NCBI RefSeq assembly: GCF_001194135.2
Contig: NC_068993.1
Coordinates: 25,070,398-25,134,397 of the forward strand
Length of the DNA: 64,000 nt
Direction: 5' to 3'
Origin: Octopus bimaculoides
Taxonomy: Eukaryota
In this document: piece after piece, positions 49,031 through 60,689 of the stretch
Layout of the letters: every line of letters starts with the position of its first letter
Position numbering within the stretch: position 1 is the first letter of the stretch
Program-made: the position numbers and the translations under genes
Notes under the pieces: generated by a model
Database searches by the model: none
Seen by the model: only the letters and a program-made list of their open reading frames with translations
What the model was told of the DNA's origin: nothing

Positions 49031-49560
49031 ATGCACACGGACTTATATATTGGAGTGTCTATAACTATTTGTATGACCTCATGTACTGTTTGTAGGCTTT
49101 TTATGTGCCTTATATTTTTATATTTTTATATTTTTTATATGTTATATTTTCATTTTTCATTTATTTATTTTTTTATTTTATTCTTGCTGTACCCTTATTT
49201 TATTTTTATTGTTGTTTTTATTTTTATTTCTATTTCATTTTTGTTTTTGTCTCTTACTGTATATCTGTATGGAATTTTTTGTGAATCTCTGAAGAGGCCT
49301 AGCGAATCGTGCATGTACCCCCATTTCAGCATTTCATCCACTAATTACTCCGGCAGGAGCTATTCGGATAGAATGGGGCATGCCAATGCTAGGCCGAAAC
49401 AGCTGTAAGATTAAGTTTATGTTTATTCTCAAATTCCTTATGTACTTTTATTTGTAAACCCGGTTGTCAATATAACATGGTTTGTCATAAACACTTGTAC
49501 TTTGTGGTTTTTTGTCACTTTAGTTACAAATTAAGTTAATGAATTCAACGGGATACACTG
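49031..49560 (+). mobile_element. Penelope-like element remnant (pLTR region)
   Basis: HTDLYIGVS (possible YIG half of GIY-YIG), an AT-rich tract and a hammerhead motif, which is the layout typical of PLE terminal repeats. Confidence 0.5.
49284..49412 (+). ncRNA. Type I hammerhead ribozyme with extended loop II
   Basis: Stem I AATCT(49284-88)/AGATT(49408-12); core CTGAAGA(49289-95); stem II GGCCTAGC(49296-303)/GCTAGGCC(49388-95); GAAA(49396-99); palindromic helix III ACAGCTGT; cleavage triplet GTA (after 49407). Confidence 0.8.
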
Positions 49561-49792
49561 TCTGCAAGTCGTTGGGTACAGAATATTATCCTCCAATTTC
49601 TAATCGATACATAAATTTAAGGTAACCACCCCCCCTTTTACCCACTCCCACNNNNNNNNNNNNNNNNNNNNNNNNNNNNNNNNNNNNNNNNNNNNNNNNN
49701 NNNNNNNNNNNNNNNNNNNNNNNNNNNNNNNNNNNNNNNNNNNNNNNNNNNNNNNNNNNNNNNNNNNNNNNNNNNNNNNNNNNNNNNNNNNN

Positions 49793-49856
<64 letters not shown>

Positions 49857-50843
49857 GAACCCAAATTTAAATACAGAACCCATGCCAGCATGGAAGGCAG
49901 GCGTTAAATGGTGATGATATGTTATATATACATGTATGTATGAATGTGCAAAGAAACATGCATGTATAATGTATGTATGTCTGTATGTATATATCGTAGA
50001 TATATATATTTATGCGTGTATGTATATATATATATATATATAAAAATAAAAACAAAACACAAAGGATTCCACGGTACACGTGTTTCAAGCTTTATAGTTG
50101 TTGCATCATTATTGGTATATAATTGATAGTATAAAGCTATCTTCAGCCGCAAATATATTCTTTCCCATGAATTATATCACAAAGAAATTAAAAGAGGGAG
50201 AAACATGAGAGATAAAAGGTGAGAGTCCACTTGGTATTGTCCAATGTAATATACCTTGTAATATCTTTAAGTTGATATATTTACATAAAAGTTCATCGGT
50301 ACTCCGAAATCTGTCCATATTGTGCCACAATTCACCCCGGCCACAATCTGGCATACACAGGTGCTTATAATTATCAAGTATTACCTCTAACATTTACTTA
50401 TATATATATNNNNNNNNNNNNNNNNNNNNNNNNNNNNNNNNNNNNNNNNNNNNNNNNNNNNNNNNNNNNNNNNNNNNNNNNNNNNNNNNNNNNNNNNNNN
50501 NNNNNNNNNNNNNNNNNNNNNNNNNNNNNNNNNNNNNNNNNNNNNNNNNNNNNNNNNNNNNNNNNNNNNNNNNNNNNNNNNNNNNNNNNNNNNNNNNNNN
50601 NNNNNNNNNNNNNNNNNNNNNNNNNNNNNNNNNNNNNNNNNNNNNNNNNNNNNNNNNNNNNNNNNNNNNNNNNNNNNNNNNNNNNNNNNNNNNNNNNNNN
50701 NNNNNNNNNNNNNNNNNNNNNNNNNNNNNNNNNNNNNNNNNNNNNNNNNNNNNNNNNNNNNNNNNNNNNNNNNNNNNNNNNNNNNNNNNNNNNNNNNNNN
50801 NNNNNNNNNNNNNNNNNNNNNNNNNNNNNNNNNNNNNNNNNNN

Positions 50844-53075
50844 GTTATAGGAGAGAAATTTGTCTGTATCGATGATGGTGCACTTGCAAAAAAAGAGGCT
50901 TGGAAATGACATTATGAAAGACTGCTGAATGTTGAGAATGAGTAGGAAAAGAAGAGTCTGCCAACTGTTGAACCAATTGAGTGACCGGCTACCCGAATTG
51001 ACAGTTCCATGGTAGATAAAGCAATTAAGGATATGAAGACAGGAAAAATCCCCTGGCCCATCAGGAATCACTGTTGAGATGCTTAAAATATCTGGCAGTG
51101 TGGATTATGGTCTAGTCACCCATATTGTAAATCAGGTGGTTCACAAAGGAGTCATACCCAATGACTGGTGTAGCAGCACCATAGTCAAAAAGTAAAATCG
51201 ATGCCTTAGACGGAAATAATTACAGAGATATCAAATTGCTGGATCAGGTGGTGAAAGTTGTGGAGAGAGTTATAGCCCAACTAATTAGGGAGAAAGTTAG
51301 CTTAGATGCGATGCAGTTTGATTTTGTTCCAGGGAGAAGCACCGCTAATGCTATATTTCTTGGAAGGCAGCTGCAGGAGAAATACATAGCCAAAAATAAC
51401 CTCTGTACTTGACCTTTGTTGACTTGGAAAAAACCTTTGACAGGTCTTCTGATCTCTTATTTGGTGGTCAATGTGGAAACTATGGATAGATGAGTAGTTG
51501 GTGCGAGCTGTACAAGCTATGTACAGGGATGCTACCAGTAAGGTGAGGGTTGGTAATGAGTACTGCAAAGAATTCAGGGTACAGATAGGGGTTCACCAAG
51601 GATCAGTTCTCAGCCACCTCTTGTTCATTATAGTCCTCCAAGCAATAGCAGAGAAATTCAAAACAGGCTGCCCCTGGGAGCTCCTCTATGCTAATGACCT
51701 TACTCTTATAGCTGAATCACTATCTAAACTAGAGAAGTTCCAAGCACAAGAATCAAAGGGCTTTAGAGTTAGCCTAGCAAAAACCAAAGTCTTACTAAGT
51801 AGGAAGGCAGACAAATCACAAATCCCTTCAGTTAGATGGCCCTGCTCAATCTGTAGAAAAGGTGTTGGTAGAAACTCCATATGATGCACCTAATGTAAGC
51901 TTTGGACAACATAAAAGGTGCAGCAATATCAGAGGAAGGTTAACAGGGAAACTAGCTTTTGTATGTGGAAGATGCACAGGTACAATAAACACTGAACATG
52001 TACAGAAAATAGACTCCATCAGCTGCCAGTGGGGTAAGCTAGAGGTGGTAGATAGCTCTCGTTATCTCGGTGACCAAGTTAGTAGTGGAGTTGGTTGCTC
52101 CAAAAGTGTTGCTGCGAGAACAAGATTAGGCCGGGCAAAGTTCAGAGAGCTTCTACCACTGCTGGCAAGAAAGAGCCTCTCTCTCAGAGTGAAAGACAGA
52201 TTGTTTGATGCTTGTGTACCAACAGCTATGTTGCATGGCAGTGAAACATGGACTATGACAGCTAAAGACATGCATTGGCTTGAAAGAAATGAAGCCAGTA
52301 TGCTTTGCTGGATGTGCAATGTCAGTGTGCATGTTCAACAGTGTAAGCATCTTGAGAGAAAAGTTAGGCATAAGAAACATGAGATGTGGTGTGCAAGAGA
52401 GATAACTGTGCTGGTATGGTCATGTGATACATATGGATGAGGACAGCTGTGTAAAGAAGTGCTGATCTCTAACTGTGAAGGGAAACTGTGGTAGAGGTAG
52501 GCTCAGGAACATGTGGGATGAGGTGGTGAAGCATGATCCTTGAACTTTGAGTCTCACTAAGGCAATGACTAGTGATTGAGACTTTTGGTGATGTGCTGTG
52601 CTTGAGAGGACCCATCAAACCAAGTGAAATCATAGTCATGGTAACTGGTACCCATGCTGGCGGCACATAAAGAACACCTTTTGAGCGTTGGGCCTCACAG
52701 AGGCAAAGTGGCTGAGTTCCTTTCAATTGTTGGGCCTCTTGGAGGCAGTGACCGAGACCGTTGGTATTATGTTGTGCTTGAGAAGAAGATGCATCAAGCC
52801 AAGCAAAATTGCAGTCATGGCTGATACTGGTGTCATGCAAATTACATCTTTGCCAGTAGAATGTAAAAGCACCCTGGTGTCATGCAAATAGCACCCCTGC
52901 TAGGGGCATGTAAAAGCACTCATTACACTCTCAGAGTGGTTGGCATTAGGAAGGGCATCCAGCCATAGAAAACCATGCAAAATCAGACTGGAATCTGGTG
53001 CAACCTTCCAGCATGCCAACCCAGTCAAACCGTCCAACCCATGCCAGCATGGACAATGGACGTTAAATGATGAAG
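50844..53075 (+). mobile_element. Decayed RTE LINE (RT, 3' UTR, tail)
   Basis: PGPSGITVEMLK, GVHQGSVLSHLLFIIVL, ELLYANDL, HGSETW motifs; tail ggacgttaaatgatgaagatga. Confidence 0.9.
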
Positions 53076-55240
53076 ATGAACGTGCAATAGACAGTGGAAA
53101 ACAACTGATTAGAAAGCTAATTAATTTGCAGTAATTATTTGAATACTGCAGTGTTTTGGAGGAAAATGCTTTCAAAGTATATTGTAAAAGATTAGGAGTA
53201 AAATATTCTTTTGTGGTTATATGTTTGTTTCTCTGAACCATTTTCTGAACTGCTAAGTTGTAATAATTTCAGGTGTATCAGTTTTCTCAGACTGGTTTGT
53301 CAGCATCTTTGTTAAGTGGTTAGTGTTATGAAGGTCATGCAGCCATAGAAATCATTATGTCAAAAAGGGAATGAATAAGCAAGATGTGGTCCTCCATTTC
53401 CTGTAGAAGGCAATGACTTGCAATAACAATTGACTCAGAGCTTTTACTCAAACAGTCACTCCAAATATGACTTGACTCAGCATGGCAAGTAGACATAAAA
53501 GCATAGTAATGAAGAAGGCTCTTCTACTCTGAGAGCTTTTTTTTTTTACTTCCTTCTGAGATGTTTATTTGTATGCATAGATTTATACTTCTGCTTTTGA
53601 TTATTCTTTCTGCTATTTGTCTTGGTCTTTTTGTGAATATAGACAAACATGCTCCAGTGTATGGTAGCCATGACTATATTTCATGTAAAAAAAAAAAAAT
53701 GAGGGTGAACCACCAACTAACATATTTCATGTCACAGCTTAGTTATTATGGATGAATGTTTCTTTCTGTTAAATGCCTTTTATTTTGTTAAATTTCTTTT
53801 AGATTGCTATTGTTATTTGTACAGCTAACATAAAACCTAACATTTTGATTTTGGTCTCCTAGTTATCTTATTGCTTACTTTCTTGCTGTTGAGTTTTGCA
53901 GGATATCGATCATAGGCAGTGTTTTCTCTCTACTTTACCTTTACTAGATTTTTTTTCCGCTTTGGTTTATCTTTTTTATGACATTTTCTGTTGTTATGTT
54001 TTTATCTAAACCATTTTATCCTATGCAATTAGCTTCTAGTGTATACTTCATTGTATATAAAGGTTGTTTTTCATGGTGTCTTTTCAGTTTATCCTTCCCT
54101 GTTTCTGAATATTTTTCTAGAAATTGTTTAATTGTAACATGCTCTATATTTTGAATGAACTTTTCCCTTCTTGTGCACACAATGTTATACTATATCAACT
54201 CCAGTTTGGGATACAAACAAGTAAATTATTAGCTTTCCTTTCTCAGCTGTTACAATTAATTTTTCTTCCTATATATTATATTGAATCTATAATTTATAAA
54301 TGGGATGACCATTGTACTTGTGCTGATTATTTGTTTTTTAAAATTAAACTGAAATTTTTAGTGTTTTATTCTGACTTTGCAGTTGTACTTTTTATAATTT
54401 TTTCCTTCATTTATGTGTGCTATATCTCATTAATTTTATCTACTCTTCTATATGGGTAATTCTGATCTAATTCTATGACTTTACTGTCTAGATCTAAGAA
54501 TAGTTTTGGTATAGTTGTCAAAATTCCTGTTACTTTTGAATTCAGCAGGTTCTAAATCCCTAGTTTGACCCTTAGGATTGATGGAGCAGACTTATGATCC
54601 AGTTGTGATCATCATATATTTTACTCAGACAGTGCTTATCCTTTCAGGTTGAGAGGGTGTGGTCTGTGAGAGATTTGGCTGCTATTTCTAGCAAATTTCA
54701 CTGCCAAAATTGGAGCACTTTTGTCAGATTACCCTAGTTATAGTAGCCATTGGCAGTTTGATTGCATAGATTTGTTAATGGAATCAGAGTTAGACAGAAA
54801 ATGAGAATAAAGAAAATTCTTACAGAGATATAGCTGGTTTTTATTCTTTCCTTATCATGCAGTGTTAACTGTTCCATTTTGACATGATGTGCTTATAATA
54901 TTGGGGCTGCTTAGTTTGTGTATAGTTTTGTTTATCCACAAGTATGGTGTGTTGTAGGAGGCTTTTATCCTCAATCCACACCATATCTAGATTTTTGTTT
55001 CTTTTTTTTTCTTTTTCATTTTGCTCCCTTAAAAATCTTGCTTTGTTTACAAATAGCTGTTCTATAGATTCATAAAAACATCTCCGAAACCATTTCTGTT
55101 TCTATAGTCAGATATTAATTTCCAGATAATCTACCAACTTTGTAGGAGATTATAAATGACAGGGTTTTGTATTATTGGTAAAAAGGTTATTAGGCTATCG
55201 GTTTCAAGTTCTTGGTGTTTTTATTTTGAGGAGAATAATA

Positions 55241-55466
55241 TCAACTCTTTAGCATTTAAACGGGTCATATCTGGCCCAAATATTTTATGTTTATCATTTA
55301 AACTGGTTAGATCTAACTTCTCACACCAACCCTACAATGTCATTCTAAAAGTAAACAATCACTTCATTAAAATATTGAAGCTACAAGATAGCGCATGATA
55401 AATTCAAAACAGTGTGAATAATTAAGTATTACATTTGATAGACTAATCTGAATGCTAAAATGTTGA
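55241..55466. mobile_element. piggyBac-type MITE (degenerate ends)
   Basis: Homologous to 6055-6267. Confidence 0.65.
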
Positions 55467-55842
55467 TATTGTTTCATGTACACAGGTTAAATGTTTAACT
55501 GAAATTGATGACTTTATCAATTTCGAAAGGTTATAATTCTTGAGGTTATGATTGGTTGGTAAATTACCTTCTAGTTTTATTATGCCATGTTTGTGGTTAC
55601 TTTATTTCTCTGCCGTTCTTTTTTAATTCATTATGCATCCCTATTATGAAGTACTTTCTTTTATTCTTTTTCCCAATGTGTTTGTATTTATGGTGTCGTT
55701 AGTGTACACTGCAGTGTAATGTATTTTTATTAATGAATCTTTTAATGTGTCTTTTGTTACTAATTCTATGAGGGGTAATTTTATCCTTGGTTCTTTTATG
55801 GTTGGTAAAATGAGTACCAGTCAAGAACTGAGGTCAGCTTAA

Positions 55843-56060
55843 CCCTTTTGTTACCATATTTCTGTTGAAAATACACTACCTTGTTTCAATTAATTTAGAA
55901 AATAATGAAGAATTTAGCGAAATAACTTTGTCATTATTAATTTGGTGTTTGTAACATTAACATGAAATTTTGATAGATGGTCTTAATTTAGATCTTTTTA
56001 AAACATGAATTTTCTATCATGCAACTGGGAGCAGTCTCAGGCAGGTTGGTGTAAAAAGGG
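55843..56060. mobile_element. piggyBac-type MITE, second family
   Basis: TTAA|CCCTTTTGTTACC...GTAAAAAGGG|TTAA. Confidence 0.75.
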
Positions 56061-56249
56061 TTAATAGACTATGTCCTGCAAAATGTGTGGCCCTGTGCCT
56101 GTTCTGAAGTCATTATAAGTACTCATACAGAGCCTATTGTTTTACAAATGGGATTAATAATATTCTGCTTCATTGGAATATAGTTTTTTTTTTTAAATGA
56201 CAATAAAATGCATTTTTTTTTTTTTTTTACTTTTGAAAGCTTAGTTAAT

Positions 56250-57610
56250 AGAATAAGCACAGGCTGAGAAAACTTCAGAGAGCTACTACCTTTGTTGCTA
56301 ACAAAGGTCTCTCCCTCAGAGTGAAAGGCTGATTGTATGATGCCTGTGTATGGACAGCTATGCTGGATGGTTATGAAACTTGGGCTCTGACTGCAGAGGA
56401 CATGGGAAGGCTTGAAAGAAATGAAGTCAGCATGGGTGTGCAATGTCAGTGTACATATACAACAAAGTGTTAATGTTTTAAGTAAAACATTGGATATAAA
56501 AGACATCAGATGTAATGTTCATGAGAAAAGACTGCACTCGCATGCTCATGTGATGCATATGAATGAGGACAGTTGCATAAAGAATTGTCAATCTCTAATT
56601 GTGGAGGGAATCTGTGGAAGAGGTAGACCCAAGAAGATGTGGGATGAAGTGGTGAGATCTTCAGATGTTGTGTCTCACAGAGGAGATGACAAGAGACTGA
56701 GACTTCTGGTGATTTGCAGCGCTTGAGAAGTCATGTCAAGCTAAGTAAAATCGTGGCCATCCATACATACAGATATGTCCTTTACAGCCATCTCCACCTC
56801 CTCACACACACACACATGCACACATAATCTACCCTCTGTCAAAACTCACCTGCAACCCTATCTTCACAACCACCCCCATTCCACTACTCATGATCACCAA
56901 CTACTGCAGGCTCCTCCACTCTTACATATCTACCATACCCCACATCCAGCCACTCCAATTTCTCTGACCATCACTTGCTACTGTCACCTCTTTCCCATCT
57001 CAACATTTCTTCTCACACTGTCATGAAATATCCCCCTCTATCCCTTCTGTACCACTTATACTCCACCCATCCCCCACTATTCCCTGTGTGTAGGTCCTGA
57101 TGCATCTCCAACATCATCTCTTTCTCTTTCCACCTCTCTCTCTGACTGCCTTTCTATCTTTTTCTCTCTCCCCCCTCTCTCTCTGACTGCCTTTCTATCT
57201 TTTTCTCTCTCCCCCCTCTCTCTCTGACTGCCTTTCTATCTTTTTCTCTGTTTCTTCTTCCTCTGGTAGCCAAGTATTTGCTCTTCAGTAAGATACCTAT
57301 CTCTATCCTTCTATTATACTCTAACCTCTCACCTGGTACAAAGTCACTACCCTCAGTTCCCCTCCATCTCCAAATTGAGATGTCTTCATCGTGCAAGTGA
57401 CTTGGTGACCCCACTGGTGTTGGTGCCATGTAAAAAAGTACCCAGTACACTCTGTTAAGGGGTTGGCATTAGAAAGGGCATCCAGCCATTAAAACTATGC
57501 CAAAGCAGACATTGGAGCCTGATGCAGCTCTTTGGCTTGCCAGCTCCTATCAAACTATCCAATCCATATCAGCATGGAAGATGGATATTACATGATGATA
57601 ATGATGAGGA
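56250..57610 (+). mobile_element. 5'-truncated RTE LINE
   Basis: RT C-terminus (GICGRGRPKKMWDEVV), pyrimidine-rich 3' UTR with an approximately 41-bp triplication, and family tail. Confidence 0.8.
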
Positions 57611-58062
57611 TGGTTTACATATATGCAAAAGGAATAAAAGTGGGCCCTACCCATATTGATACATAACACCTACCTTAACATAATACTGATCACATGTATT
57701 GTATATTGGGCATTTAAACTTGGCAGAGTTTGTTACTTTCCAAGTATCGTAGCTGATTTCTTCTAGTGAGAGAGAGAGAGAGAGAGAGAGGAGACAGGAG
57801 TAAAGGAGATGTATCAGATAGTATCTATCGACCCAAAAGGGATGCAGAGTAAGAGCGCATGTGCACGTGCACACACACACATACACACACATGCATATAT
57901 AGAAAGTGAGATTTATATATCTGTGTTAAGAAATAGAATAGTCAGTGAAATATGACATCAAATATTTTATAGAAACATTTGTGTGCTTGGGGTGTACCTG
58001 TGTCAGCATTTGTGACAGCCTAACAGACACTGTAATCATTATTATAATAGACTAACAAGGTA

Positions 58063-58270
58063 GTGAGCTGACAGAACTTTTAGCACACTGGGCAAAATGG
58101 TTTGTAGCATTTAATCCATCTTTACGTTGTGAGTTCAAATTGTTGCTCAGGTTGACTTTGCCTTTAATCTTTTAGGATTGATAAAATAAGTATCAATCAT
58201 GCACTGGGGTCAATCTAATCGACTATCCCCTTCCCCCAAATTTCAGGCCTTGTGCCTATAGCAGAAAGGA
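58063..58270 (+). mobile_element. SINE family B (diverged)
   Basis: gtgagctgacagaactttagcacactgggc head and Meta-like core. Confidence 0.7.
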
Positions 58271-58643
58271 TTGTTATAGTAGATTGACACCATTACTGAT
58301 GCTTGTATTTTGTCTTGTTGGAACTATTGTTATTATTATTATTCGGTGAGACCTATTAAGCTGTTAGTTTAGTTGTAGCATTTAGAACAGCTGATACAAA
58401 ATGTTAATCTGATTGATTGCTGATGACATTGTAACACAATTTATTGCCTGTATCTCCTTAATACAATGTTTTCCTTTATTGTGTAGAACACATGTATGTT
58501 TAATGAATCAGATTTTTTTCTAAACCCTGCCAGCTCTATTGTGGACTTGTATATTGATGTAGATATCAAACAACAATTATTTGTGCATCCATGAGTGTGG
58601 GTGTGTATGAGAAAGATGGAGAGAGTGTCAGTAAGAAGAGAGC

Positions 58644-58685
<42 letters not shown>

Positions 58686-59064
58686 GCATACTTATGCACA
58701 CACACACATACTTATGCACACGCACACATATACGTACATACATACATACATACACACGAACACAACATTCAAGTGGTACTTGTTTGGCAAGTGACTTGAT
58801 CTGAGAACTTATGTTGAAAGTGAAACAATGATATAGAAGTGTTATTTCACTCATATATGAAGACACAAAAGACATGTTTATTTGCTATTTGTTAATAGTA
58901 AAGTCTGATAAGAAACGTTAAAAGTTTCCATTGCACTGTTGTGACCTGGTCTCTGAAACAATTTAGATGTCATGTTTCTATATGAGTGACCAGATCAGAA
59001 AAGTACAATGAAGTTTTATCGATCCTTTCAAACAGACTGCACTACAACTTGCAGTGTCATTTAA

Positions 59065-59284
59065 TCCTTTGGCATTCAGATTCTTCTGTAAACTGTAATG
59101 TTTATTTATTCACATTGTTTTCAATTAATTATGCATTATCTCATAGCTTTGAGATTTTGATGATGTGATTGCTTATTTTTATTATGCCATCGTAGGGTAA
59201 GTGTGAGAGGTCAGATCTGGCTAGTTTGAACATAAAACAGATCAAATATTCAGGCTGGATATGGCTTGTTTAAATGCTAAAGGG
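59065..59284. mobile_element. piggyBac-type MITE
   Basis: TTAA|TCCTTTGGCATT...AATGCTAAAGGG|TTAA. Confidence 0.8.
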
Positions 59285-59905
59285 TTAAGTATTGAATGGA
59301 ATGAATCTATAACATATGATGAGATAAATGTTGCTTTTTATCCTTTTGAGGTTGATGAGAATATATCAGTGCTGGGTGGTAGATGAGTGGAATTGAAAGA
59401 GTGATGGTTGAGATTACCTTTTGGTTTCTGTGCATTGCAGGTTCAAATTCAACTTGCTTTCATGTAAAAAAAAAATAAATAAATAAATAAAAACATTGAG
59501 GAATGGCAAAAGTGGTTGTTGTCTGAGGAAGTCTTCAAGCAAGTGTCTAAATATTTTTGGTTTTCACTCTCAACACCAGTATTCCAGCTTGCACAAAAGA
59601 ATGCTCCATGGTCTTTTGATTTTTGTGCAATTGACTGAAAATAAAGGAATGAATGAGAGGCACACACAGAGATGTATAGTTAAAAATTTAAGTTTGCGAC
59701 CACATGGTTTCAGGTTCAGTCCTACCATGTGGAATCTTGAGCAGGTGCATTCTACATTAACCAGGTGCCTTGTAAGTGAAGTTTAAGGGATGAAGACTGT
59801 ACGACTGTACTACTGTATAATGTATGTGTGTGTATATAGATATATGTTGTATATTATTTACATTACTTACATTCGACGGATATTTGTCCTCATCTTGTTT
59901 GTTGT

Positions 59906-59952
59906 TAACACAACATTTCAGCTGATATACCCTCCAGCTTTCTTCAAGTGTC
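59906..59952 (-). ncRNA. Decayed minimal hammerhead motif
   Basis: GACAC-TTGAAGA-A-AGCTG..CAGCT-GAAA-TGTT-GTGTT. C3 is replaced by U and helix III appears CpG-decayed, so it is probably inactive. Confidence 0.5.
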
Positions 59953-60039
59953 TTGGGGAAATTTTGAACCTGGGTTCTCATTCCTAAGGTATTTTTTGAT
60001 GTTATTATTATTGTTGTTATTATTATTATTATTATTATT

Positions 60040-60096
60040 GGAATCGAACTCGGAATCTTGGGGTTAGTAGCCCACGCTCTTAACCACTATGCCATA
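60040..60096 (-). promoter_or_regulatory. tRNA-like type-2 Pol III promoter (A and B boxes); not a tRNA gene
   Basis: A box TGGCATAGTGG (60094-60084), B box GAGTTCGATTCC (60051-60040), CTACTAA loop. No acceptor stem. Confidence 0.6.
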
Positions 60097-60689
60097 TGCT
60101 CATGGGCAATTATGGAGTGAATTTTAGGGCTTATAAATCTAATATTTTTCTATCCTTCCTTAATATCAGTTTCCATATGCTGCTCATATCTGCACTCGGT
60201 CTGCTTAGGAGGTCGTTGTGTCCTAACATATGTGCTGCTTCTTTTAATTTTCTTATTTTCCAGTGGTGTTCCTTGTCTACTATTCATCAGTAATAGCCAA
60301 TATATACATGGAATACTTTGAGAATTTGGCTTTAGGATCAACACCACTAAAACCAACACTATAGCTATGATATGTTGATGACATCTTTATACTCTGGCCC
60401 CTCTAGGAAGATGTCCAAGTGCTGTTAGATCATGTGAACTCAATACAGCCATCCATACAGTTCACAATGGAAAAAGAAAAAGACAATCAGCTGGCATTCC
60501 TGGACGTATTGATAACATGCACCAAGTATGGATTCAGGACATCCTTATACTGCAAGCCAACCTTCACTGGACGATACCTCAACTTCAATTCCCACCATCC
60601 ATACAGTGTAAAGGGAGGGATTGCTCAGTGCCTAAAACATTGTGCAGAGAATATAAGTAGCAATTGTAATACACACCACAAAGAAATGT

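Noticed and set aside
58441-58875. ORFs rich in YI/HT/CV repeats (also near 16.8, 43.8 and 49.9 kb)
   Set aside because: Translations of (TA)n, (CA)n and (TC)n microsatellites.
60040-60096. Genuine tRNA genes (here and at the SINE heads)
   Set aside because: A and B boxes are present but there is no complete cloverleaf or acceptor stem, and each continues into repeat body sequence.
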